Assembly: GCA_965261395.1 (NCBI GenBank)
Contig: OZ253462.1
Span: 4,576,001 to 4,640,000, forward strand
DNA from: Candidatus Latescibacterota bacterium
GTDB lineage: Bacteria; Latescibacterota; UBA2968; UBA8231
DNA: 64,000 nucleotides
Direction: 5' to 3'
Position numbers and translations under genes: made by a program. Below, in pieces: positions 1 through 8,439 of the stretch. The notes below the pieces were generated by a model. The model was not told the DNA's origin and ran no database searches. It saw nothing but the letters and a program-made list of their open reading frames with translations. The first letter of the stretch is position 1. The number at the start of each line of letters is the position of its first letter.

Positions 1-228
1 ATCCGCAACCTCGACGAGGACATAAAGCAGCGTCTGCGCGTCCAAGCGGCCGAGCACGGCCGCTCGATGGAAGAGGAAGCGCGGGCAATCTTGCGAGCGG
101 CACTCACCGAGGCTGCGTCCCCCACCAATCTGGCACAAGCCATACGCGCACGGTTCGCGCCCTTGGGCGGAGTGGAACTGGACATACCGCCGCGCGAGTT
201 GGGACGATTAACGTGGGGAATCGTCTGA
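1..228 (+). CDS. FitA-like ribbon-helix-helix antitoxin (5' partial)
   Basis: Frame 1 reads IRNLDEDIKQRLRVQAAEHGRSMEEEARAIL...FAPLGGVELDIPPRE, a typical FitA/plasmid-stability RHH; stop TGA at 226-228. Confidence 0.8.
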   Translation: MRNLDEDIKQRLRVQAAEHGRSMEEEARAILRAALTEAASPTNLAQAIRARFAPLGGVELDIPPRELGRLTWGIV

Positions 229-268
229 ACAGCGGGGGCGACGCACAACCTCGTCCTCGCAGGATCGG

Positions 269-841
269 CTACTCGCCGAGCGATGCCCGCAGAACGATAC
301 AGGGCTTCCCTAGATCGTGGCCGACATAGTCGCCCCGATGGGGGACGATTTCGGTAAAACCCAGTTGAGCCCAGAATCGCAAGGCCGGAACGTTCACCAG
401 ATAGATGCGCGCCAAGGCGAAGGGGAAGCCCTCGGCGGACAGCACTCTCTTGAGACTTCCTATGAGCGTCGTACCGACGCCGCTTCGCCGGAATCGCGGC
501 CGGATTGAGAGGATCGAGAGCCAAGCGTCCCCTGCGTTGGGAACGTCCTCCATAATGTGAAAGTACCCAGCCAGCTCTTCAGCCGGACCGACGTGGATGC
601 TCCTCATACGGAAGCCGCGCTCCTGCGACTCGTCCGCTACCGACTGCTCCACCAGCTCACTGATCTCGCTTTCGGGCACCTCGGCAAAAGTGGGATCGAG
701 CGCGACGATATCCACACATTCCAGAGACACGGCATGCAGCGCCGGCGTCTGCGCTGCCTCGACCGCCCGTACGAGGATCTGCCCCTCCGACCATGTGCTT
801 GGTAACATGTCCCTATAGCTCTCTGGCTCGTCGTTGTTCAT
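269..841 (-). CDS. GNAT family N-acetyltransferase
   Basis: Acetyl-CoA motif RFRRSGVGTTL and N-x-x-A-x-x-FW-x-x-LGF. Confidence 0.8.
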   Translation of the reverse strand: MNNDEPESYRDMLPSTWSEGQILVRAVEAAQTPALHAVSLECVDIVALDPTFAEVPESEISELVEQSVADESQERGFRMRSIHVGPAEELAGYFHIMEDVPNAGDAWLSILSIRPRFRRSGVGTTLIGSLKRVLSAEGFPFALARIYLVNVPALRFWAQLGFTEIVPHRGDYVGHDLGKPCIVLRASLGE

Positions 842-847
842 AAAACG

Positions 848-1705
848 CTATTTCTTCGCTTTCCTCAGCGCCTCTTTGAACGCCTTCTCGATCTCGCCGC
901 GCGCGACGATTGCATCCTTCCACACGTCGGGAAAACAGTCGAGCGCATAGCCCGACCCCCTCGGCCCCAGCTCGACCACAGCCCATAGCTCGGTGGCACC
1001 GCGTTGTCCCTTGACCCAGTTGTAAAGCAAGTGCTTGAGGAAGTTGTCGCGCCAAGAGATAAAATCCGCGTCCAGCTCCCCGCGGCCATTGGTGATCGGC
1101 GTCTGGCAATGGCTGCCAGTAAAGGTGCGAAAGTGAATCAACTCGCTCATTTTGAGCAGATCGGGGCGATATTCGGCGATGCGCTCCCAGAAGTTGGTGG
1201 GCCGTAGCTGTTTGATGATCGCCGGATGCGAGTGGTCGAAATTGGTGCGCAGTTTTTCCTTGTAGCGTTTCTCGTACTGCGCCGCCAGCGCCAACCCCTT
1301 CTCCGGCGTCTCAGTACACGTGTCGCGGTGCCATTCGATCGCCGGTTTGATCTTGAGCTTCTTTCCCGCCTTCATCACCGCCCGCGCCACGGTCACCGCC
1401 TTGCGGATCTCGGTATCGTGGTCGCAAAGCTGGACGTTGATGTGCTCGGCACCAGCTTCTTTAAAAGCCGCCAGTTTCGGCTCGGCTTCTTCTACCGTGG
1501 CTATATCGACCCCGCCGACAAGCTGTAGCCCGTGCTTGGCGCACGCCTCGGCAATCTCGGGATCGGCCCCAGCGCTGAAGCCGTCAAAGCCAGCGTCCTT
1601 GGCCGCGCGGACTTTGCGATCCATCAACCACTGCTTGGCTTCGGACGGATAATTAGTCAATGTCCACGCCGCGGCGCAGAGTTTGAGTTGCGGTTGTTGA
1701 GTCAT
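848..1705 (-). CDS. Xylose isomerase-like TIM-barrel (sugar phosphate isomerase/epimerase) protein
   Basis: AKDAGFDG, AIEWHRDT, NFDHSH and IHFR metal-binding pattern; SD AAGGAG upstream. Confidence 0.7.
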   Translation of the reverse strand: MTQQPQLKLCAAAWTLTNYPSEAKQWLMDRKVRAAKDAGFDGFSAGADPEIAEACAKHGLQLVGGVDIATVEEAEPKLAAFKEAGAEHINVQLCDHDTEIRKAVTVARAVMKAGKKLKIKPAIEWHRDTCTETPEKGLALAAQYEKRYKEKLRTNFDHSHPAIIKQLRPTNFWERIAEYRPDLLKMSELIHFRTFTGSHCQTPITNGRGELDADFISWRDNFLKHLLYNWVKGQRGATELWAVVELGPRGSGYALDCFPDVWKDAIVARGEIEKAFKEALRKAKK

Positions 1706-1731
1706 GGTTTTCTCCTTTCGAAGGGTTAAGT

Positions 1732-1764
1732 GTAGGGCAAGCGCTATACTGCCACGCTTGCCCT
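1732..1764. repeat. GTAG-started palindrome (REP-like hairpin or terminator)
   Basis: AGGGCAAGCG (1734-1743) pairs with CGCTTGCCCT (1755-1764). Confidence 0.5.
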
Positions 1765-1771
1765 CCAGTAC

Positions 1772-2596
1772 TTACGCGAATACAATGCGCGCAGTCAAAG
1801 GCACGTTGGCCCTATGGCATTGATCCTCGGAAAAGTATTTTGTTATCGATTCTCCCAACTCGCGCTTTGGCAGCAACGATTTGGGGAAATTTTCAATTGT
1901 CCTGAGTTTGTAAATTACTGCTTCGTCTAAGTCCTTAACCGCGTCCTCAAGGTCAGGAAGATACGCCTCGCAATTGACCGCATCCAACAATGGAAGGTTT
2001 TCGTTCAAAGGAACGTCAACACCCACCCTGTATTTTAACTCGTACTGAAGGCTTTTCGCCTTCTCCAGTGCCTCAGAAGCATTCCTGAACTTGGTAATGT
2101 CCCAAGTCCCATCGCAGAGATAACCAAGAGCTGTCGATATGTGCTGCTTCTCGAACTTCTTTTTAGCACTATCGAATTGTCTCAGAGTAGAGCCAGCAAT
2201 ACCGATAATAGGACCAGCATCTTCCGACTTAGGATATTTTTCACGCAAGCCAAATTTGTGGAAAAGTCCGAGTTTTTGGGACTGGGTAACGCGACGACTA
2301 CGACGGGCCATCGGGGTCAGCTCCTTCCACTTGTCATCTTTAATCCAAAATTCTAAATCCTCCTTTTCGTGAACAACAACAAGATTGCCCCCAAAGATGT
2401 GTGAGAAAATGATGACAACTTCACGATGATTAGTTTGAAACTCCTCTACCGTTTTTGAATAAGAGAGCAGTTCCACTGCGCTACGGAACAAGTCAGGTAC
2501 CCCGTTCTTGATTATAGCAGAAACCTCAGCGTCTGAGAGGGATCCACTATCGATAGCGGAGCGAATTTGGCTGATGCCACGAAGATATTGGGCCAT
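1772..2596 (-). CDS. Hypothetical protein, low GC
   Basis: 274-aa ORF with strong SD AAGGAGG; Lys/Ile-rich composition unlike its neighbours; no family recognised. Confidence 0.7.
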   Translation of the reverse strand: MAQYLRGISQIRSAIDSGSLSDAEVSAIIKNGVPDLFRSAVELLSYSKTVEEFQTNHREVVIIFSHIFGGNLVVVHEKEDLEFWIKDDKWKELTPMARRSRRVTQSQKLGLFHKFGLREKYPKSEDAGPIIGIAGSTLRQFDSAKKKFEKQHISTALGYLCDGTWDITKFRNASEALEKAKSLQYELKYRVGVDVPLNENLPLLDAVNCEAYLPDLEDAVKDLDEAVIYKLRTIENFPKSLLPKRELGESITKYFSEDQCHRANVPLTARIVFA

Positions 2597-2710
2597 GATG
2601 GCCTCCTTTTTGTCAATGTCGTCTATTGACGACGATAGTTATGTTCTAACATTATAAAGCCGTGTTAGATTCGGCTGAATTCCCAAGAGTTGTGCCTTCG
2701 GATTTTGATT

Positions 2711-2833
2711 AGAAGCCGTCTGCAAACCCCCATCGAGCGGTTTAGGCATCCAGCGTTTTTCGAGGGCGAGACGCCCTTACTCCCAGCGGCTTGGAGTCTG
2801 ACAGACCGAAACCCTAGTGTGCAGACGGCTTCT
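2711..2833. mobile_element. 123-bp MITE-like element
   Basis: Perfect 14-bp terminal IR AGAAGCCGTCTGCA / TGCAGACGGCTTCT; internal REP-like GAGGGCGAGACGCCCTT; GC-rich within an AT-rich context. Confidence 0.6.
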
Positions 2834-2994
2834 GAGGATTCTCGTGGTTACACCTAATCAACATGTATAAATGCCATTGTTTCGTTATATTCTAACAAAA
2901 TAGAGTCATAAAAAAGACCAAGAAGGTCAGGTGCATGGTAGTAATGAAATCAGGACAAGTGTTCTAATGTATCGAGTACAAAATGTGCAAAGAG

Positions 2995-3035
2995 TGTTAT
3001 ATCTAACATTAATATCATAAATGTTAGATATAACA
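2995..3035. promoter_or_regulatory. 16-bp perfect inverted repeat (candidate operator)
   Basis: TGTTATATCTAACATT-N9-AATGTTAGATATAACA. Confidence 0.55.
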
Positions 3036-3210
3036 TTATAAAATATTAATTACAAATTAAAATTTGTTACTTATTTTATTGCATAAATATCTATAAGTAA
3101 CTGTTTTACAGCAAGTTAGAGTTTTAATGTAAAATTTCGTATCCTATTATTTACTAACGATTTACCGTTTTTCGTGTAACAAAACCTCTGTTACTTATCA
3201 TTAATCTGAG

Positions 3211-3239
3211 ATTATACATATCTATTGTGTTTTTGTCAA
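3211..3239 (-). promoter_or_regulatory. Consensus sigma-70 promoter
   Basis: Minus strand TTGACA-N17-TATAAT. Confidence 0.7.
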
Positions 3240-3264
3240 ATCTTTTTATCATAATTTGAAAATC

Positions 3265-3492
3265 TCAAACAAATATTTTCGCCGGTGCATTCAGAAGCCC
3301 TAGTTCAGTTGCCCTGTGTACCATGCGACGAATCCGCTCGGTGGTCTGGCGGCTGAAGGTTGCTTCCCCACAGCGCAAGCACACCCTAGCCGGAATATTC
3401 TCGACTAAAATCCGCTTCCCTTGCACCGTAAATACATCACTCACCCTTTCCTGTTTGGCGCTGTTCGAGCCACACACATGGCAATGGAACAT
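3265..3492 (-). CDS. YgiT-type zinc finger protein (MqsA-like antitoxin domain)
   Basis: MFHCHVCG...VENIPARVCLRCGE; SD GGAGG supports the start at 3492 rather than 3546. Confidence 0.8.
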   Translation of the reverse strand: MFHCHVCGSNSAKQERVSDVFTVQGKRILVENIPARVCLRCGEATFSRQTTERIRRMVHRATELGLLNAPAKIFV

Positions 3493-3499
3493 GATGATT

Positions 3500-3577
3500 T
3501 TACCTCCGTTGAGAGAAATCAATCCACTCGCTCGCGTCAGGTTCATTTGAAGATGCAGAGGACGCCCGTCCGAAGTG
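3500..3577 (-). pseudogene. DUF4258-type toxin 3' remnant
   Basis: TSDGRPLHLQ, then after a frameshift EPDASEWIDFSQRR*, directly upstream of the YgiT gene where this partner normally lies. Confidence 0.6.
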
Positions 3578-3616
3578 CCGAGACAGGTAGTGGTCTATTT
3601 TGAAATTCAAGCCGCA

Positions 3617-3958
3617 TTAGCCTTCATCTGTAAGCTGTTTTATCTCGGCTGACAAATAGGCCACGAACCATTCTTTAGCCCTATGCCGAAACGATTCACG
3701 GCGGACAGCGTTCAGAAGTACAGGCTTCGACGGGAACGATTCATTTTCCAGTGATTTCAAATACGGCGCATTATCGTACACCTCCACAATTTTTGCCGGG
3801 TAGTCAATTTTCCCCACTGTTTTCCAAGCACCGTCCCTGCGAATCCTACCCAGATATGGGGTGGGTTGATTTATAATCTTGAGTTTTCCTTCTGCCTCCT
3901 TGCAATCAAATTCCCAGATGAGCGCGGTCAACTCTTGAACAATATGTTGGTAGTCCAT
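3617..3958 (-). CDS. Hypothetical protein (IS cargo)
   Basis: Open frame; SD AAGGAGG favours the start MDYQH at 3958. Confidence 0.55.
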   Translation of the reverse strand: MDYQHIVQELTALIWEFDCKEAEGKLKIINQPTPYLGRIRRDGAWKTVGKIDYPAKIVEVYDNAPYLKSLENESFPSKPVLLNAVRRESFRHRAKEWFVAYLSAEIKQLTDEG

Positions 3959-4051
3959 TTGAACCCTCCTTGTGTACCCGAAGTATAGCCACAGCAAGAT
4001 GGCTTTTGCACCGACTCTTTTTACATACACAGGCACAGGTTGATCAATTTA

Positions 4052-4576
4052 TCAATGGTCTTTTTCGCCCCGCTCGTAGGCTTTTTTGATGGCTTCCTGA
4101 AAGACATCTAAGACAGTAAAGTAGATGTCGTCGGCTTCCTCCCAAGCAGTGTCGGCTTTCTTCCAAGCGGCGTAGTTGTAGTTGTCGGCACGTTGGGCGA
4201 TCTCGACCTCCCGTCGGGCTTCCTCCCAAGCAGCAAAGGCTAGCCGGACTTCTTCAATCGCATGTAAGGCTTTATCGTAGCCGTAGGCGGTTATCTGATA
4301 AATCGCATAGGCACCCTTGACTTCTTTATTTTCATCTCTGGCCTTATCAAAGGCGGCCTCAGCTTTCTTAATGGCTTTGTCATCGGTTCGGTCTGCGGCC
4401 CGATAAGCAACCCAAGCTAGCCTAGTTTCTTCATGGGCGTCGATAGCTTCAAAATAGGCGTGCCGGGCTTTCTGGTAGGTTCGATATGCCTCTACGGCTT
4501 TGTCAAAGGCGGTCTCTCCGGCTAAGACCTCAACGCAAGATAAAAGGCTCAACAGGACGTAACTGGCGATCTTCAT
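4052..4576 (-). CDS. Secreted Ala-rich helical-repeat protein (IS cargo)
   Basis: Signal peptide MKIASYVLLSLLSCVEVLA after SD GAGG; internal repeats AFDKA..AY and AI..EE.RLA. Confidence 0.6.
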   Translation of the reverse strand: MKIASYVLLSLLSCVEVLAGETAFDKAVEAYRTYQKARHAYFEAIDAHEETRLAWVAYRAADRTDDKAIKKAEAAFDKARDENKEVKGAYAIYQITAYGYDKALHAIEEVRLAFAAWEEARREVEIAQRADNYNYAAWKKADTAWEEADDIYFTVLDVFQEAIKKAYERGEKDH

Positions 4577-4711
4577 TGCATTACCTCTGGTTTGAGATGG
4601 TTGACCCAGTTTTGAACTCTGCTTGCATGGCCTTGATTTCTCCTCAAGTAACCGGCTTGGCTGCTGTGCCCAGCCGCTCGGCCGGATGTTCACACTCTCG
4701 CAGAGAAATGC

Positions 4712-4795
4712 ATAGGCTGGATCGTTGATCGCGTCGCCGAGCTCGAACCCAAGCCGCGCCGCCCCAAGACCTATCGCAAACGGTCTGCGGCCTGA
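4712..4795 (+). pseudogene. Transposase C-terminal remnant
   Basis: IGWIVDRVAELEPKPRRPKTYRKRSAA* ends inside the right IR and resembles the basic C-tails of IS1-like transposases (recalled, not searched). Confidence 0.5.
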
Positions 4796-4811
4796 ATTTC
4801 AAAATAGACCA

Positions 4812-4853
4812 CTACCCCGAGACAAGCACGGACGAATCAACAACAACAGTCAC
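4812..4853 (-). pseudogene. VapC/PIN toxin 5' fragment interrupted by the IS1-like element
   Basis: GTGA overlap with the antitoxin stop; reads MTVVVDSSVLVS, then IR-derived G*; removing the element restores VLVSAL. Confidence 0.7.
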
Positions 4854-5086
4854 GTTCGATCGGCATCCCGGGCTTGTAGAATACTGGACGGACGGACGCG
4901 GATTCCGGCCGCTTCCTTGCGCTCGCGAACTTGGTGCAGCCACTCGCTGACCGAGGGGCGCGACGCGATTCGCTCCAACTCGTCGCGGAGGAATGCCTGC
5001 ATGGACTGGTGTTGCCGGGCGGCACGAACGGCCAACGCGTCGCGCACCTCTTCCGGGACATCTCTTATGGTGATTTGTACTGGCAT
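4850..5086 (-). CDS. FitA-like RHH antitoxin
   Basis: QITIRDVPEEVRDALAVRAARQHQSMQAFL. Confidence 0.8.
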   Translation of the reverse strand: MPVQITIRDVPEEVRDALAVRAARQHQSMQAFLRDELERIASRPSVSEWLHQVRERKEAAGIRVRPSSILQARDADRT

Positions 5087-5167
5087 GATAGCGTTATATC
5101 CTCGTTGAGTTTCTTCTTATCGGGGTGCCGATCTCGCACGAGAAGGACGAGGGGCAAACCCCCGCTC

Positions 5168-5986
5168 CTAAACGATAATCCGTCCTTCTCCGGTATACAC
5201 ATTGAACCCCCGCCCGCGCAAAAATCCCAACAGCATTATCCCCGATTCCCGCGCCAGATCCACCGCCAAGCTCGACGGCGCGGATACCGCGGCGACCACC
5301 GCAATCCCCGCCATCCGCGCCTTCTGGATAATCTCAAAGCTGGTGCGGCCGCTGACCATCAGCACGCTCTTGGCTGGCACCGGCGCGTTGCGCAGCGCGT
5401 AGTGGCCGATGAGCTTGTCCACTGCGTTGTGCCGGCCTACGTCCTCGCGCAGGACGAGCAAGTCGCCCGCCAGATCAAACAGGGCCGCTGCGTGCAGCGA
5501 GCCGGTTTGCTCGAATACATCCTGTGCCTGGCGCATGCGGTCGCCGAGGCCGTAGAGTAGGGATAGCGGCACGGTAAAATCTTCCAGCCGCGCGGAGGCC
5601 TCGCAGGTGATGGCCTCGATGCTGGCCTTGCCGCAGACTCCGCAACTCGACGAGGCGTAGAAGTTGCGCTGGAACCGCTGCCGATCGAAGTCCACGCCAG
5701 CGGCCAGCTTGACCTCGACGATATTCTCCTCGTTGGGTGGCTCCGCAGCCGTGCAGTACGAGATCGCGCCCAACTCCTGTGGCGATTTGATCAGGCCCTC
5801 GGTACACAAGAAGCCAGCAGCCAGCTCAAAGTCGTGGCGCGGGGTGCGCATGACCACCGCGATCGGCGTCTCCTCCACGCGGATCTCCAGCGGCTCCTCG
5901 ACCGTTACTTGGTCGTCTGCAGCCGCTTTGTCCGCCTCGCGGAATCGCCAGATCGGCCGCTGCGTCACCCGCTGCTGCCGCTCCAT
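5168..5986 (-). CDS. fdhD: Formate dehydrogenase accessory sulfurtransferase FdhD
   Basis: EEPLEI, MRTP, SSCGVCG, TGSLHAA, EDVGRHNAVDKLIG, SGRTSFE, SAPSSLA; TGATG coupling to the sulfatase. Confidence 0.93.
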   Translation of the reverse strand: MERQQRVTQRPIWRFREADKAAADDQVTVEEPLEIRVEETPIAVVMRTPRHDFELAAGFLCTEGLIKSPQELGAISYCTAAEPPNEENIVEVKLAAGVDFDRQRFQRNFYASSSCGVCGKASIEAITCEASARLEDFTVPLSLLYGLGDRMRQAQDVFEQTGSLHAAALFDLAGDLLVLREDVGRHNAVDKLIGHYALRNAPVPAKSVLMVSGRTSFEIIQKARMAGIAVVAAVSAPSSLAVDLARESGIMLLGFLRGRGFNVYTGEGRIIV

Positions 5987-7410
5987 CACATCGGCCCCAC
6001 CCGCCGGGGGCCCCGGTCCATCGCCGACATCGACGCGTCGAAACTCTTTTGCATCAACTCCAACTTGAGCGGCTGCGCTTGCGGCTCGTCCCACATGTTT
6101 TCGAACTCATCTGGGTCCTCTTCCAAGTCGTACAGCTCGCCCAAGGCGTGCCCGTGGTAGAGCACTAGCTTGTAGCGCTCGTCGCGGTACATGGTGGCAA
6201 AGGTGCCATCGGACGCGTCCAAGGCATCGTAGTACTCGCAGCGGACGAAGTCGCGGTGGGATGCTGTGCTCTCGCCGCGCAAAATCGGCAAGAGCGAGCG
6301 GCCGGTCATCCGCTCCGGCACCTCCAGCCCGGCCAGCTCCAGCAGCGTCGGCGCTTTGTCGGTCAGCTCGACCAGATCATCGCGCACCAAATCCTGCTCA
6401 AAGTGACCCGGCCAAGAGAAAATCAGCGGCACTCGCACCAGCCCTTCGTAAAAGCGGCAACCCTTTTGGATCAGCCCGTGGTCGCCGAGCATTTCGCCGT
6501 GGTCGGACGTAAAAATCACCACCGTATTGTCGCGCTGGCCCGTGTCTTCGAGCGCGGCCAGCATCCTGCCCACTTGGTCGTCGATCTGCTTGATCATCGC
6601 GCAGTACGCCGCCTGCAACACGCGGGCGTCCGCTCCGGGCGTCGGGCGGTCTTTGTGCAAGGGGTCGCGGATGTCGAGCTGGTCGGGCCTGCGTACCTTG
6701 GATTGGAAATCAATCGCCGCCAGCTTTTCCTGTTGTGCCAAATCGCTGTCGGCAAACAGTGGCCCGGGCATGGTCGCTGGGTCAAAGCGGTCGCGGTAGC
6801 TTTGCGGCGGATTGAACGGCGGATGTGGATCGTAGATATTGACGCTGGCCAGCCAAGGGCCGTCGCGTTTTTGGCTCATAAACTCAATGGTCTTCTCGGC
6901 GCACCACGTCGTCTGGTGGAACTCAGCCGGCAGGCCGTGGGGATATTGCTTCATCAGCTCGCCTAAGACTTCTCCCTTTTCCCGCACCCAGTCGGCATAG
7001 CCGTGCCCCTGCGGCCAGTCGTCGCGGGGCGCGTGGCTGTATTCCCAGTAGCGATACCCGTCATTGACGCGCGGCTCAATGCGGCGATGGGCGCTGGCCA
7101 AATGCAGCTTGCCAATCAGCCCGCAGTCGTACCCAGCCTCGGCCAATATCCGCGTGACCAGCGGCGGGTGGTCGGGAAAACTATCGAGGCCGTTGCCATT
7201 GATGTGGACGGCGCTGGCGTACTGGCCGGTGAGAAAACTCGCGCGGCTCGGCGTGCAGATCGGGCTTTGGCAATAGGCGTGGGTAAAGGCCACGCCTTCG
7301 GCGACTAGCTGATCGACATGCGGCGTATCGACGTGGGCATAACCGAGCGCGCCAATCGTGTCGTAGCGCTGCTGATCTGTGCAGATCCAGAGGATGTTGG
7401 GAGACGTCAT
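5986..7410 (-). CDS. Sulfatase (formylglycine-dependent)
   Basis: PNILWICTDQQR, CTPSRASFLTG, GKLHL, FTSDHGEMLGDHG. Confidence 0.93.
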   Translation of the reverse strand: MTSPNILWICTDQQRYDTIGALGYAHVDTPHVDQLVAEGVAFTHAYCQSPICTPSRASFLTGQYASAVHINGNGLDSFPDHPPLVTRILAEAGYDCGLIGKLHLASAHRRIEPRVNDGYRYWEYSHAPRDDWPQGHGYADWVREKGEVLGELMKQYPHGLPAEFHQTTWCAEKTIEFMSQKRDGPWLASVNIYDPHPPFNPPQSYRDRFDPATMPGPLFADSDLAQQEKLAAIDFQSKVRRPDQLDIRDPLHKDRPTPGADARVLQAAYCAMIKQIDDQVGRMLAALEDTGQRDNTVVIFTSDHGEMLGDHGLIQKGCRFYEGLVRVPLIFSWPGHFEQDLVRDDLVELTDKAPTLLELAGLEVPERMTGRSLLPILRGESTASHRDFVRCEYYDALDASDGTFATMYRDERYKLVLYHGHALGELYDLEEDPDEFENMWDEPQAQPLKLELMQKSFDASMSAMDRGPRRVGPM

Positions 7411-8354
7411 GGCAAAAACTGCGCCACTGCCGTGCTGCGCCACTGCATCTGTTGCGCGGTCGTCTCGTGCGGCTTGAAGGCGCGGGCGACCTCGGCAATC
7501 GGCACGCCTCGCACCTCGATCCGCTCCAACTCGGCCACTCCGTAGCCCAAGGTGTCGGCGTAGTGCAAAAGGCCCAGTTCCATCGGCTCAAAGCCCATGG
7601 CCTTGGCCATGACCGCATCCACGGCAAAAACATCGGCTGACGCCGCGGCCGCGCCCATCGGCACGTCATCGGTTCCCCCAGGGCCATTGCCCTGCAAACC
7701 CACCGTGCCATCGACGATCCCAATGTCCGGCTTGAGATACTGGGCCAAGCGGATCAAGTTCACGTTGAGCACCTCGGCTTCGCTGGGCAACACGCGCTCG
7801 GCGTGTGAGGGATAGCCGTGCATCTTGATGCGATCCTCTTTGTGCAGCGTCCCCATAATCATGTTCTTCTGCGCCAACGTAACCACGCACACGTCGTGGG
7901 TCTTGGCCACGGCCACCGAAATGGTGCAGGGGCATTCGAGGACCACGCTCGGCATCCGCACAGTCGCCTCAACGCCGCCGGCCATGTAAATCTCCGTCTC
8001 TTCCCACCGCGTCTCCTGATGCAGATCGACCAAGCGAATCGGCACTGGGTATTCTTCGAGGAGATCGCCATAGCCGAAGTTGGCAAACGCCTCGCCCGAA
8101 AACTTCTCGTTGCCGCCTTCGGCAATGAGGATCTCCTCGGGCGGCTGCGCTGCGCTGAGCAAAAAGTCGATCGCGCCGCGCATGGCGTCGGCATGGGTCG
8201 AGGCGAGGGGATTTTCACTGGATAGGAAGTTCGGCTTGAGCATCACTTGGCCGGCCAGCTTCGGCTCGACGGCTTCGCGCACCAAATTTAGCGCTTGATA
8301 TACGTTGGCTTGCCGCGCACCGGCGCGAGCCAAACCCACTCGGGCTGTGTCCAT
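7407..8354 (-). CDS. DUF362 domain protein
   Basis: VMLKPNF, STH, AEG, KTH..VTLAQKN, GNGP, D.FAVDA. Confidence 0.8.
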   Translation of the reverse strand: MDTARVGLARAGARQANVYQALNLVREAVEPKLAGQVMLKPNFLSSENPLASTHADAMRGAIDFLLSAAQPPEEILIAEGGNEKFSGEAFANFGYGDLLEEYPVPIRLVDLHQETRWEETEIYMAGGVEATVRMPSVVLECPCTISVAVAKTHDVCVVTLAQKNMIMGTLHKEDRIKMHGYPSHAERVLPSEAEVLNVNLIRLAQYLKPDIGIVDGTVGLQGNGPGGTDDVPMGAAAASADVFAVDAVMAKAMGFEPMELGLLHYADTLGYGVAELERIEVRGVPIAEVARAFKPHETTAQQMQWRSTAVAQFLP

Positions 8355-8439
8355 ATCGCATGTCTCCTTGGTTGATGATGCCTTGCTCGCTCTGCGGCCC
8401 CAATGTATCATTTCTCTTTCTCCTAATCAATCTGAGTCT

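Larger units (their letters stand above)
3586..4816. mobile_element. Non-autonomous IS1-like element carrying two passenger genes
   Basis: 31-bp terminal IR GGTAGTGGTCTATTTTGAAATTCA(A/G)GCCGCA with 1 mismatch; 8-bp TSD CCGAGACA at 3578-3585 and 4817-4824. Confidence 0.85.
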
